A DNA stretch of 64,000 bases, from contig NC_045698.1 in NCBI RefSeq assembly GCF_009834535.1, forward strand, positions 7,318,001 through 7,382,000, written 5' to 3'. Position 1 is the first letter of the stretch, and each line of letters begins with the position of its first letter. The stretch comes from Camelus ferus (Eukaryota). Below are positions 38,001 to 50,607 of the stretch, one piece after another. Position numbers and translations under genes: made by a program. A model generated the notes under the pieces. The model worked only from the letters and a program-made list of their open reading frames with translations. It had not been told where the DNA came from and ran no database searches.

Positions 38001-39463
38001 AGAACCAAAATAATGTATATATGATTAAAATAAAATCTGAAAGCCATCCTCCAGAGGTGAGCACTGTCGGTAGTGTGGTGTCTGCTTCCAGGCTGTGCTC
38101 TCCATAAGCATAGGTTCACGGACCCTTTTATCCCCACAGGTGCACACGCCCTGGGCTGCACTGCATGGTGTTCTTTCACCGTTTCTGAACATCTGTTTGT
38201 GTCAGTACATAAGTAGCTACCCCATTAAAAATTTTGGCTGTATTGTGTTCCATTGTGCGGGTAAGGTCATGATTTAAGTTTTCTGAAAGTTAACTCATTT
38301 TATTATACGCTATAGTAAACATTGTTGTCCGTATTACTTTACTAGTATTTCTGTAGGCTAGTATTCCTGTAGGATAACTTCCTAGAAGTAAGGCTGCTAA
38401 ATCATTAAACATGTTTAAAGTGCCACATGGCCCCCAAATATACCAGTTAACACTCCTCTCTCCTCAGTGTATGAGGTTCCTCGTTTTCCCATATCATCAA
38501 CATTAAATATTGCCTGTGTTCAGTTTTGCAAATAACCGTTAATTTGGAAATGTGTGTGTCTTCATTTGGTAGGAAAGTTGCCCAGAGAGAGGAGTTGTGT
38601 TTAGAGCTTGATGTCTCTAGGAAAGGAAGGTGGGCTTGTCATCTTGGCCACTCCTGGAAATAGCTCATTCTAGTTATCTTCTTGTCAAGCGGAAGTGGGT
38701 CTCAGGGCTTGTTTCATTTAGTGTGAGTGTTAAGGGCAGCTGCAGCAGCTGGCCAGGCTAGGTTCACACCTTGTATGCTGTCCTGGTCAGAAAGGAACAG
38801 TTTCTCCTACCCAAAGCTACCGTTTGGGAAAAGGTGGCTTATTTTCTCCTAGACCCAATTAGATTGGCTCAACCACCCTATCTTACTTAGGAAAACAAGT
38901 TAAATAGAATCTTCTTTTTGGCTGGAAACTGCCCACTAAGTGGCTTTTAAATAGCGATCTGAAAAATGAGTACACTAAGGGGTACTGATTGGGCAGTGGG
39001 AACAGCATGTGCGAAGGCACTGAGGTCGCACACATCTTGGACAAACTGCAGAGGCACGTGCAGGATGAACCAAGCCCGCCGGGAAAGCAGGGGCCAAATT
39101 CCTTTAGGGAGACTCGTGCTGCGTGCGGAGACAGGCCTCCACCGTTTTGCTTCCTACTTTGGAGGACACAAGGCATATCTTGTTTCAAAGCTTCGCGGAG
39201 ACTGAGCAAAGGAAAGGGGCGGGGGAGGGTCCTTTGTGAATTCGCTGCTCACATTTGGCAGTGGAAAATCGATCAAATGGACCTTTCGTAAGTGAAACGT
39301 TCCTCTTGTGAAGCTGTAAACTGTTAATACTAAGCCGGGGTGGGGTCAAAGCCAAACTGCGCAAACGCATTGCGCCTCCCAACCCGCGCTGGAGGGAGAC
39401 CAGCCTCGATCCGGGGCTTGTGCGCGTGTGCGGCCCCAGGGGGCGGGGCCCGCGCGCGTCTCG

Positions 39464-39476
39464 GTTGCCTGGATAC
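39464..39476. promoter_or_regulatory. RFX X-box motif
   Basis: GTTGCC-T-GGATAC fits the RFX imperfect palindrome typical of ciliary gene promoters. Confidence 0.7.
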
Positions 39477-39836
39477 CGCTGCGCAACAATAGCCGCGGCT
39501 TGCGCTCCAGTTGCAGGTCTGAGCTTATAGCTAGAGCCGGCGGTTGGCCCTCATTTCCGAGGAGCCCGAGGAGGCGCGGGTAAGAGCCCTCGCCAGCCGC
39601 CCATGCCTCGTGAAGCCGGCCTGTTGGGTCGCCCCCAAACTTAAGACTCCCCGACTAGGCTCCAAAATCGGGAGCGCAGATCCCGGCCTGGCCCCAAACC
39701 CGGAGGGCCAGCGGCCCGGCCTCTGAACCCGTTGGCCGTCAAGGCTGTCCGGGCACCCCAGGCTGACCCAACCGCCCTTCCTCCCTCCGCAGCACACCTA
39801 GATTCTTCCCAGCCCAGTCCTGGCCTGCGGAGAGCG

Positions 39837-39967
39837 ATGCCGCTTCCCGACACCATGTTCTGCGCGCAGCAGATCCACATTCCCCCGGAACTGCCGGACA
39901 TCCTGAAGCAGTTCACCAAGGCTGCCATCCGCACCCAGCCCGCCGACGTGCTGCAGTGGTCCGCGGG
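39837..39967 (+). CDS. ROPN1L: ROPN1L first coding exon (RIIa dimerisation/docking-like domain)
   Basis: gcgATG; MPLPDTMFCAQQIHIPPELPDILKQFTKAAIRTQPADVLQWSA(G); |GTaagc. Confidence 0.97.
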
Positions 39968-40753
39968 GTAAGCGCCCCGGGGCCAGCGCCTGGGAGAGCC
40001 GGCCGGTCCCCGTGCCCAGTCCTGCCTAGTGAATCCTCCTTCCTGGGCCAGTGGTCCAACGCTCAGGACACTTAGAGTACCGGCAAAACTTTCACTTTAG
40101 CATTGATGGTATCTACAACCTAAGTATCTATCTAGGAAGCATCGTGGTTTACTGACCACGAGACCAGAAAGTACTGCAAAATGTTCATTTATGTACAAAG
40201 CAATGACAACTCCGTCGTTGGAGAGTGGTATTTACTCAGGGAGCCTAAAATTTATAAAGGTTACACTGGGTGAAAAGTTTCAGCATCATATTATAAAATC
40301 TATCACTGTCCCTTTATTTTATTTGTAAAATGATTTTTACAAGGTGGAATCTTACGGTTATATTCCTTGTCTTCAGAGAATCCTTCCAGGACTAGGTGCC
40401 ACTTGAGCTTATTGGAACCAGAGGGACGGAGGTCATGCTGGGGTAATCATCCCAAGGCTACTATAAGGTTAAACTCTGCCCAGCTTAGTTTACAGCATGT
40501 GAGGCTCCAGTTTCTTGCAGTAAAACATTCTAACCATCAGGAACAGACACTAACCTTTTTAAAGTCACAAGTCAACAGACCTTAGAACGATTAAAATAAA
40601 CCCTGTTGATTTTACAGGAAAGCTCCTTGCCCTTTTTCAGTAAGCAGACTTAGACAATTCTGTAATCACAAGAATCAGTATAAATTTAACTTAATTTTTT
40701 TTTGTAATTAGCTTGTCGAATTCTGCTGACCTTCTTTATACTGAACGACTAAA

Positions 40754-41230
40754 GTGAATCAGTTTCCTGTGACTACTGTAACAAATAACCACCAAACACA
40801 ACGGCTGAAAACAGCAGTTTATTCTCCTACAGGTCTGGAAGCCAAAAAGCCAAAGTCAGTTTCACCAGCTTACAGTCAAGGTGCCGGCGGGGCTGTGCTC
40901 TCTCTGGAGGCTCCCGGGAGAACCCGTCCCTCTGCTGGCCTTTTCCAGCTCCTAGAGCTGCATTCCTTTGCATTCCTTGTATTGTTTGGCTCCTGACCCC
41001 TTCCTCGATCTTCAGAAGTACCGTGACATCTTCTGCCTCCCTCTTCTAGGGACATTTGCAATTGCTTTTAGGAACCACACAGATGACCCACGATAATCTT
41101 CCCATCTCAAAATCTTCACTCACGTTGGCAAACTCCCTGTTACAATGTAAAAGAGGATCCACAGCTTCCGGGATTAAGACCAAGATATCTTTGGTATATT
41201 TTGGACCAGGATATCTTATTGTACCTACCT
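40754..41230 (-). mobile_element. MaLR LTR (MLT1-type)
   Basis: cagtttcctgtgactactgtaacaaataaccaccaaac...tttattctc...tctggaagcc...gataatcttcccatctcaaaatc. Confidence 0.8.
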
Positions 41231-42134
41231 ATGCGAGGCTACTGGTTAATCCAGCACTTTGCCTTGGGACAAGTGCTTCTGTCAATTGCTTCTGAAAGAC
41301 TCAAGGTTCTTGCCCAAAATTGTGGCTTCTGGTTTTAACCATTATTCAAGCCTAAATGAAAGATACGGCTCAGAAGAGTTTAGGCATACTCTACAAAACA
41401 TTCCAAGATATAATCATTTTTTCTTGGAACATTATATTTGGTAACGCTTTAGAGAAAACTATTTTAAGCTTCACGTTAAAAGGCTTAATCGAGAACTTTC
41501 TGAATGTTCCATGCAACTGATTTCTCTCAAGAACAATTTTGGAGTTTAGGAGAAAAAGCAAGCATAATTTAATGCTTTATCTTTAAATATATCCAAAGCA
41601 TTAAAATATATTTAAAGCATTATTTTTGTGCAGTGTGTGCACAGTGGGCTCCATGTGTCCCGATGCTCTCAGAGGAGAATGTGTCATGGAGAGATGCTGT
41701 TCAGAAGAAGGTGAATTGGTCTTTAAAAGAATTCATAGGCAAGAGATTGGGGTTAAGACCAGGCAGAAGAGGAAACAGCTTATGAACACAGGGGCCGTGG
41801 CAAGGAAAAAACAACTGAAAACAAAGCAGGAAAGCAGGCTGCATGTGGAAGCGACTCCACCTGGAAGGCCCAGGCAGGCTTTCGGGGGAGGGTTCTTTCC
41901 AGGTGAGGTTGGCAGGAGGCAGAGCTGAGTCAGGCTGGGCCCCTAGCCTCTGCTGTGTCACAGCAACTAATAGGCGGGACCTTATTTTGTCACCATTGTG
42001 ACATAATGCCATTGTGGATCTGATGCTGTGATGGCAGCAGGAACCAGTCAGGTCCTAAAGGCTTTTGCTCACCTGCGCCTTGAGAAACAACACACTCGAG
42101 AGCATGAGGCCCTAGTTGGCCTGGCCACTCAGGC

Positions 42135-42347
42135 CAGCTTCCCTGCCTCGGCACTATTGACGCTTTGGACTGGCCAGCTCTTTGCGGGGTGTGTGGTGTC
42201 CTGTGCATTGTGGATCCTCAGCAGCCTGTGAGATGCCCGTAACACCATCCACCCCAGGTTGTGAACAACCAAAATGGTCTCCAGACGCTGCCAGTGCCTC
42301 CTGGGGGTGGGGGCAGGACCAAGATCGCCCCCTCTTGAGAAGCACGG
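42135..42347. mobile_element. MER20 (hAT-Charlie) DNA transposon
   Basis: cctcggcactattgac...tgtcctgtgcattgt...acaaccaaaatggtctccagac...ttgagaagcac. Confidence 0.82.
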
Positions 42348-43525
42348 CTCGAGAGGCTGCATCGGCCGGGTGATAGGTTTGATGGGTTATGGGGAGTAAA
42401 GTCCACGAAATAGGTGAAAACCCTAATTAGGAACGTGGCAAAACTAAGCACCCGTCCCTGACCCTGGCCCTCTCGGTCCTCAGGTCCATCTGCTGCTTTC
42501 CTTTTGACTTTCCCTCGAACCATTAAGTTAACAAAATATGACTGGACTGTCTTAACAGCATGAAAGCAAAGTTGAATTTGAGGGATGGAGAGAAAAAAAT
42601 AGAAGAGATGTAAAATTTCTTTTAGCCTATCAGACACCTATTTATCTACATTTTGTTACCTGTTCAGAGATGTTTCTAATTACTCTTATCTTCAGCGGTC
42701 ACCTGTGGCCCTGGACGATTCAGTGTTTGATTTTCCTGGGTATGTCATTTCTTTGGTGGTGGTAAAGTCACGAGGGTGGCAGATGATGTGACTTAGCGGC
42801 CTGCGTCCACTGGCATGTGCCCAAGGGGGTGAGTTTTGCAGAAGACGCTGCTGGCACCCCCAGCCCTACCCTAACCGGTGCCCCCTGGTTGTCGCCCCAT
42901 CCTGACTTATTGCCCCAAGCTGTCTCCATGCCCTACTTGTCCCACTGTTAGCTGTTCATGTCCCAGAAAGGAATGGTCAAGAGAAAAAAACACTGAAAAC
43001 AAACAAACAAACAAACAAAAACAGGCAGGAAAAGTGAAGGGTGAGGGAGGGTGACGCCTGATTTAGACAATCAGGAGATTTCCTTTTCTGGGCGCCTTGG
43101 AGCTGAGTAGGCAGAGATGCTTGAAATTAAACCCTTCAAAATGCAGGGCTGAGACGCCAGCTGTCAAAGTGGCATGATTAGACCACGACCTTGCACTTGG
43201 GGCATGTGGGGCCCTGACTTTCACCTCCTCTGGAAGCATCTCAGACCCCATGTGGCGTTTGCTGGGTAAGAGGACCACATGTTACGGGAGCCCCAGGAGT
43301 GCCGGGCGGGGTCCCTAAGACTGGGGCTGTCACCCCCGCTGTGCAGAGGACCTGAGGCCCACAGAGACAGGGAGGGCGGAGGGCTGTGTGGAGGAGCCCG
43401 GCCCCAGCCGGCGGAGCGCACCCAGCGTGCTGCTCCCTGATCACCGTCTCCCTCTGGAGTTGTTGATGAAAGCGGGTGACTTCAAGGGCTGGTTGTGGCG
43501 CTTCAGCGATGTCTGTTGTTGTTAG

Positions 43526-43649
43526 GTATTTCTCAGCTTTGTCAAGAGGAGACCCGCTTCCTGTAAAGGACAGAATCGAAATGCCGGTGGCCACTCAGAA
43601 AACAGACACAGGCCTGACGCAAGGACTCCTCAAAGTTCTGCACAAGCAG
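43526..43649 (+). CDS. ROPN1L: ROPN1L coding exon 2
   Basis: YFSALSRGDPLPVKDRIEMPVATQKTDTGLTQGLLKVLHKQ; gttAG| and |GTatga. Confidence 0.96.
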
Positions 43650-44788
43650 GTATGAGGGTCTTTGTTACCAGCCAGCTGAACTTAAGACAAAGCCTGGCAG
43701 AAACCTCCACCATCTCCACACAAGCCCACCGATAAAACTTCAAGGTTTATTCAAAGAAGGAATTTTGCGTTCAGTGGCCTTTCTCTGGTTTAAGGAACCC
43801 AAAATAGCTGTTTCTGATTATATAGAAATATAGTTTCTTTTAAATACCAAATTAAGATGCTAGGTGCTGCGGGACTTTAAAAAAAAAGGTCTGAAAACAT
43901 GGAATTCCAGGCATGGGGGTTGTTGCTAAGATCGTTCTTGAAATATAAGAACAGTGCTAAGGGGATAATCTGCCACTTCCTTCATCTGAAGGTCCGACTG
44001 CCGTCCTGAGGGCCCTGGGGACCCACCTTCTCACCTGGAGGGTTAATAGGAAGTGTGTTTTATCAGAGTGGCTGGGCCACTTTGCTAAAAGCAACGTCAG
44101 GGGAACAGCCCTGGTTTTTAAAGTGACTCGTCCCCATGATACGTCCTGAGGTCCTGTGTTCCTGTCCAGGATACAGTGACTTCTGAAAACAGGATTTTCC
44201 CATGGCTCCCTATTTTAAGGGAAAATGAATAACCACTGGAAAGGGGTAGTTTGGGAAAAGACATGACGAAATTGCTCAAAGCTCTCTCACACAGGAGCGC
44301 TAGCAGATCACGGAAGTTACTAATTTTCGTAGGTTGTCTAAAATAGGAGGAATACATTGATTTTCAGGTTTAAGATTACTCCCATTTAGCTGTTCACATG
44401 TTGAGGGATTGGATTTCATTTGATTTCCTGAAGTTTATTTTTATTGTGAAGTGTTTCCAACCATAGAGAATCATGTATGTACCCAATGCCTATACACCCA
44501 TAATGTTAGTAAGTCATAACATGAGGCCGTATTTGCTTCACAGCCCTTTTGTCTTTTAAGAAGTAACTTGTTGCTGATCTCTAGTTCCCAGCCCCTCTCC
44601 CTCCCCGCGCACCCCTCCCCCACTGCCTCTCTCCACCCCTCCTCCCCTGGGCTAACGGTGCAGTGGATTCAGAGTTCTTCCCTGGACAGGGATGGGTGCT
44701 CCGACTCTATTCAAATATTCACAAGCGTTATATTACTTTGTGGATCTTTTAAACTTACCTAGATTGTCATGCTCTGTTTTCTCAACAG

Positions 44789-44950
44789 TGTAGCCACAAG
44801 GAATATGTGGAATTAGCAGATCTTGAGCAGAAATGGAAAAATCTGTGCCTGCCAGGGGAAAAATTCAGAGCTGTCTTGGAGTTGGATCCTTGCAAAAACA
44901 AAATTGAATGGATAAAATTTTTAGCGCTTGGATGTAGCATGCTTGGTGGG
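44789..44950 (+). CDS. ROPN1L: ROPN1L coding exon 3
   Basis: CSHKEYVELADLEQKWKNLCLPGEKFRAVLELDPCKNKIEWIKFLALGCSMLGG; aacAG| and |GTacgt. Confidence 0.96.
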
Positions 44951-47900
44951 GTACGTACCTATAAATGGCATATTGATAATTCTGTGTAATCATAGGCTCA
45001 GCTTAAAATAACAGGTGTTTAAGAAACTGAAAGAATACTTTCATTACGTTAGTAATTTTGTCTTCCAAAGACCATTTTTTTTCCAGATGTTTATTGTATT
45101 TTAGGCTTATAGTTACTTTATTTACAGAAGTTCAATACATAGGAATGCTTCAATTTAAAAGACATTAACAGTAGACAAAATACATAGATGCTGTTAAAAT
45201 ACATTTAGGTCTTAGAAGAGAATGCATCAATGATTTTTATTAAATGATATGTCATTTTGGTCACACCTGTTTCCTCATCTTGTGCAAAGTTATTCTGTAC
45301 AGTTATTTTGGTTTTTAGTTAAAATGTGTTATTAGTAACTAACAGATAAGGTGCCACCTTGCTGATGTTCAAGTACAACCCATCCGACTTCAGAATGGAG
45401 GCGCAGGCGTCCCTGCCTGCGTGAACTGAGTGGGTGGGGTGGGAGGGAGCGAGTGGGGCTGGGAGGACTTTGGCAAGACTTCCTTCGGGAATCTGGAATC
45501 TGGAATCTCTCTTTAGCTCAAGTGTTTGAGTTGTCCTGCGAGACATGGGGTCAAGTGCGGGGAGAGTTACCACTTTAAGTTTGTAAAGGAAGGGGTTGAG
45601 AAAAGAGAGCTAGCTCCCTTCACTGCAGACACAGCACACTTTCCTGCCCCCGCCCTTCAGTCTCTGGCCCAGAGCACGTAACTTGACAGTTCACAGTCCT
45701 TGCTTCACGGGATGCCCTCATCCCAGGTCCATGCCTAAGCCTCCTTAATTCCATTTTAACTTTCCGGAATTACCTTCTGTAATGCTACCTACCATGACCA
45801 CTAACTCAGCTAATACCTGCAACTGACCTGCGCCCCAGCCCCCGCCGCCCCCAGCCCCGGGCTCATGCTTCCGGGATCATACACGTCCTCCAAGAAATAT
45901 ATTATTTAATTGTAGTTGGCTTTAACTTTATGGAAAGGTAATCATGTTGTTACTAATCTCCTGGAGCTTTCTTCATTCCCAATTAGAGTTCTCTATTTAT
46001 TCATCTGGATCATTATTGACCACTGTACTGCATTCATTTCCTCTGCTGAGCAGTATGCGCTGTGTGACTTCACTATAATTCAGCAGTGCCATTCATTGCC
46101 CCAGGGAGAAGAGCGGAGACCCCGGTAAAGCCAGGCGTTAGGCTGAGCGCTGCGATGACTTTTTTTTGTGTAACTGCCCGCGGGTGTTTCCAGTCAGCCC
46201 TGGGCTGGCTGTGCCGGAGAGGTGGTCACCTCGCACCAAGTGCCCTCCTGTGGGCTCAGAAGTTGCTGGGGAGAATCCCAGGGGGTGTTACTGAGAAGGA
46301 CAAAGGCAAATTTAGTTATTGGAGAAAATTTTATGTTGCTTTGTTCATCTGGAACTCTGTGAAAGTGTGATTTTAATAATACAAAATGAATAACTAATAT
46401 TTTATTTTATGATTCGTGCCTCTAAACTTTGTTGTGAAGTTTAGACTTTATAAGTGATGAAAAAATCAGAATATTTCACATTTGGGAGATCCATCTTTGT
46501 AATTTCTACCTCCCTAATCAGGAGAATTAGGCACTAAATTTAAAACCAAACCAACTCTGTTTTGCAAGATAAGGCCTCTTATGCACGGGCAGTATGTGAC
46601 GCTAGATGGAGACATTTGTTAAGGGTGGAGCCTCCTCTAAACTGAATACCCGGGAAGGGACGGGATAAACAGCGCAAACCTGTCACTTACCCCATCAGCC
46701 AGTGTGGGATCCCGCCCTGTCCCCTAACTGAGCCTTCTCTGCCCGTGGTCTCTGCTGTTGGCCTTTGACTCTCTCCTGGGCCCGGGGCCCCTTCCCGCTG
46801 TGGGAACCGCTGGGAGGAGGTTCAAGTGTGAAAGCCTCCTGCTCCTGCTTCTCTGCCAGGTCAAGCTCACAGCCTGGGATGCCAGCTCTGCCCTGGCCCA
46901 TCCCCCGCCCCCACCAAGTGCAGAGCAAACAGCCGTGCTCTGGGGCTGCAGGGGCCGGAGGGCACCAGGCGCTATGCTGGGACTTGCTTTGGTGCTGTGC
47001 TGTGTGCCCACGTTTGGGGAATAGCCAGGAGGTTCTTACCTGGCGCTGTGATTTCTGGGGTATGGTGCTTCATGCAGTTTGGCATCTTAGCATTTATGCT
47101 TAAAAACAAAAGAATACAAAAAAACCCCAGCCTCCAGAAAGGAGCCAATGAAGAAGTGAAGCGAGGTGGGCAGGAGTAATTTACAGTGGCTTCTCTGCAC
47201 GTAGGATGCTGTCAGGTTGGCATCCAGTCGCTCTGCGTCGACGTGACGGAGTGAGTCCTGCTGCTCAGGCTGCGGCGTCTCCCGGCTCGTGGCAGACACG
47301 CTCTCCGAGCTCTTCGGTTTCTCTTCCAGGTCACTCCAGTTGGATGAATTAAGTTCTCTGCAGAGACTCGAAACCCTGCTCAAATTTCTGAGCCACACGC
47401 ATCATTCATCCTTCGTTCCTTCCATGGATGTCTGTCGAGCCCTGTTCTAGGGGGCCTTGCTCTGGGTGCTGAGGGTTCTGAGCAAGCAAGACAGGCAGGC
47501 AGCCCGTGCCTGTGTGGCCGCCGTTGTGACATCCCCGAAGCCCTGAGCGCTGCTCTGGTTCTCACATCGAAAGCCACAAATGGGGCTGGAGCGTGGGGCG
47601 AAGGGGCCCCAGGCAGGTTGGCTGTGCGGTGCTGCCCCGGGGAAGCAATCACAGGTCTATGCTGTGGCCTCCACCTTACGTTCCTGCAGCACCATCAGTG
47701 ATATTAAGCATTAAAGAGGTGGATCAACACTTTTCATTTTGTTTTTTAAGCATGGAGATCTTTCTCATAACATGAAAAATGTATGAACCAAGTCCTCCTC
47801 CCCGGCTCCACACACACTTACGGAGAAAGTACGTAATGGCAAGCTACGGGCCTGACTCGGATTAGGCTTTGAAAAGCACCTGCACTTCATCCTTCACAAG

Positions 47901-50339
47901 AGCATCCCTCTGCGTGTACAGCGGCAAATGTACACGCGCGTAACGTACTTTTCCATCCGAGCGGATTGCTTACAAATGGCCATTATTTCTAGGGTTCTCT
48001 CCAGGTGCGGGCGTGTTTGGAGCCCTTTGCTTTCTCTTCATTCCTCCCAGCAATGCTTTGAGGAAAGTCCTGTTCTCCGAATCGTGGGATAGGGCGCTAT
48101 GGAGAGGGAGGCGCGGCAGATGGAAGTGGTCAGGGGGGATCTGAACTCAGACCACGGACTCCAGAGCCGCCACTAGCGGAGTACGGCCTTGGGGTGGAGG
48201 GGCCCCTCTGGGGAGCGTGCCGCCCACAGGCTGGGATGTGGCCTCAGGGAGCAGGACTCCTAAAGTGGTCCCAACCCTAAAAAGTGCTAGGTGTCAGCCT
48301 CCCAGCTGCACTCATCCTGCGGTTCTCGGACCCTCATCCGCCCACAGCTGTGCTTCTGCATGTTGGGTCTGGTGTCCCTGACCCACCGAGGTGCCCGGTG
48401 GGCTGGGGGTGGCAGCCCCTGTCCTAGGGGTGGCGGTGACGTCTTGCTCACTCCCCGGCCTCTTTCCTCTCAGTCAGGTTCCCCTGCTGAGCATCTAGAG
48501 CTGGTTCTGAGATGCCCACGTGGCTTTCTGTTGCCCCTGCAGCCGGTGCAGACATACAGCTGCCGTGTGTGTGAGCCTCCGGCCACGGGCACATTTAGTA
48601 CCTGCCTCCCACCGAGAGGAAGCAGCTGCTCGTGGGCCCCTGGGCTCCTGGGCTCACGTCCCACCCCCCTCCCCTGAGCTGAGCGTCTCCTCCGTGGGGA
48701 AGGAGGAGGTGGCAGCGGTGGATGCTGGACATGGTGGCCCATCCATCCCTTCAGCCTGATGGACTGGCTTCACTCCAGGCCCACACCGCTCCCCCACCCC
48801 CCGAGAGTGTGGGTCTCCCACCTGCACCGGCCACAAGGCCCACGACCGCGTTGTGAACTAGGAAACCTGTGAGGGTAAGGAAATGAGAAGGGTTGTGAAA
48901 ACTGAGATTTGGGGTCAATGGCGCTGCGGGCTGCGGAGTCCGGTCTCCCTTGAGCTCACGCCACACCACAGGAGCGAGTCCCTATCTGTTCCTACTCTCA
49001 TCAAAGGGTCAGCCAGGGTATCACCCGTGTTGTCATTCTCTGCAGCTAAAAGGGACACTGTGGGCGCTGTGAGGTGGTTCACGGCATCGTCATGAGAACC
49101 GCTGAAATTCTGAAATGACAGACCCACGGGACAGGCGCCGAGGATGCTCAGGAAGCCACAGGACCTCCATGCCCGTGTTTCTCGCGCGTCTCCAGGTTCA
49201 CACGCGGCTCAGGAGTGAACCCTTGGCTGACAACAGTGCGGTCCCCTCCTCCTGGATGGATTACAAACCAGAGGAAAAACCTGCAGGAGGTCAAAAGGGA
49301 CGTCTGCCAAGGAGGGGTCCTTGTGGCTGGTGAGCTGTAGCCTTAGGACCCACGACCCCCTGGAATTGAGAAGTTTGTTTCGGGCAAACAAACTCTCCAA
49401 ACCAAGCAAGTTGCTTTGTGAATCCTTTTGGGTTTAAAAATTGCTGCAAATCTTTTTGTCAGAAGTGTTAACACCGGTAGCGTCATTGCGCCTTTGCAGA
49501 GTGATGCCAGGATGTTTGGATGGATTTCTTCCTTAAATACCTCTTCCTCGGAAGTGTTTGAACATCACGTCACTCAGATTTCATCTGCGGGCTCCTCACC
49601 AGCTGCTGCCTCCTCCCCTCCCTCAGTGAGGCCCCGCAGTTCCACATACATGACGACCTTCCTCCACCGTGTTGGATAAAACAGCAAAGTCTAACAAAAA
49701 ACCCATCTCTGACATCTCGAGCAAGGAACCTGTGAAAGACACAACTTTGTCTTCTCCAAGTCCTCCTCCTTTCAGGGGCGTCGGTGTGCGCGGGTGGTCC
49801 TTGGAGAAACGAATGCCATCATTTTTCTAATTAGAGCATCCTTCTGCCCCCAGTGTCAGGCTAACGTCGGAACTGTGTTGTCCCCGGCCCTGAATTCCAG
49901 CACAGCAGGGGCACGAGTCCCGGCCAGGGCAGGTGGGAAGTGGCTTTGCAGACCCCCAAAGCCCCGGGCTGATGGTGATGGGGGAGGTGGCTTCACACCC
50001 TCCGGATGAACGCCTGGAATCCAGGCACCAGTCTGCCCGTCACTCACTCCCTGAGCCAGCCCAGTGGCCGTTAGCGGTGGTGGAATGTGTGGTCACCGCT
50101 GGGCTCAGGAGGCCGACCGCCTGCGTTGGGTCCCAGGTGGCTTACCTGGGGCAAGTGATTCAGCTTCCCTGGGCCCCGCTGACCTCATCTCACAAAGTTA
50201 CTCTAACCAGTAGATGAGAGGCCCGGTTGTGCCTGGGACACGAACCTTGTTTCAGTCCCGCTGTCTTTCCCCTCCCCCTGCCGGAAGCACAGGTGATTTT
50301 TCTCTGATATTTACTGTGAGAACCTGGCCCTGCTCCTGG

Positions 50340-50607
50340 GGCTTTGAAGAAGCAAGCTGCTGTGTTCTAAGAGGACCTCAGAGAGGGAGCTGCAGGTGGC
50401 CTTCAAGGGCTCAGGGGGGACTTCGGCCAACAGCCGGCAAGAAGCCAGGGCCCCGGACCAGTCTTACAGGAAGTGAGTTCTGCCAACACCCTGAGGCAGG
50501 TTGGAAGTGGCTCCACCACCAGAACCGAACTCTGGCCACCACCTGATTGGAGGCTGACAGTGCTCAGGCTCCTGGCCCACAGAAACTGCAAAATAATGAA
50601 TGTGTTC
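50340..50607 (+). mobile_element. MaLR LTR (MLT1-type) 3' fragment
   Basis: ggctttgaagaagcaagctgc...ttctgccaacacc...cctggcccacagaaactg; followed by an A-run. Confidence 0.65.

Larger units (their letters stand above)
39340..40020. promoter_or_regulatory. CpG island / ROPN1L promoter
   Basis: Dense CpG; GC box GGGGCGGGGC at 39440-39449; TGCGC NRF1-like motifs; overlaps the first coding exon. Confidence 0.85.

Noticed and set aside
39732..39836. 35-aa N-terminal extension of ROPN1L in the ORF track
   Set aside because: Starts at TTG inside the probable 5' UTR intron; the orthologous start is the ATG at 39837.
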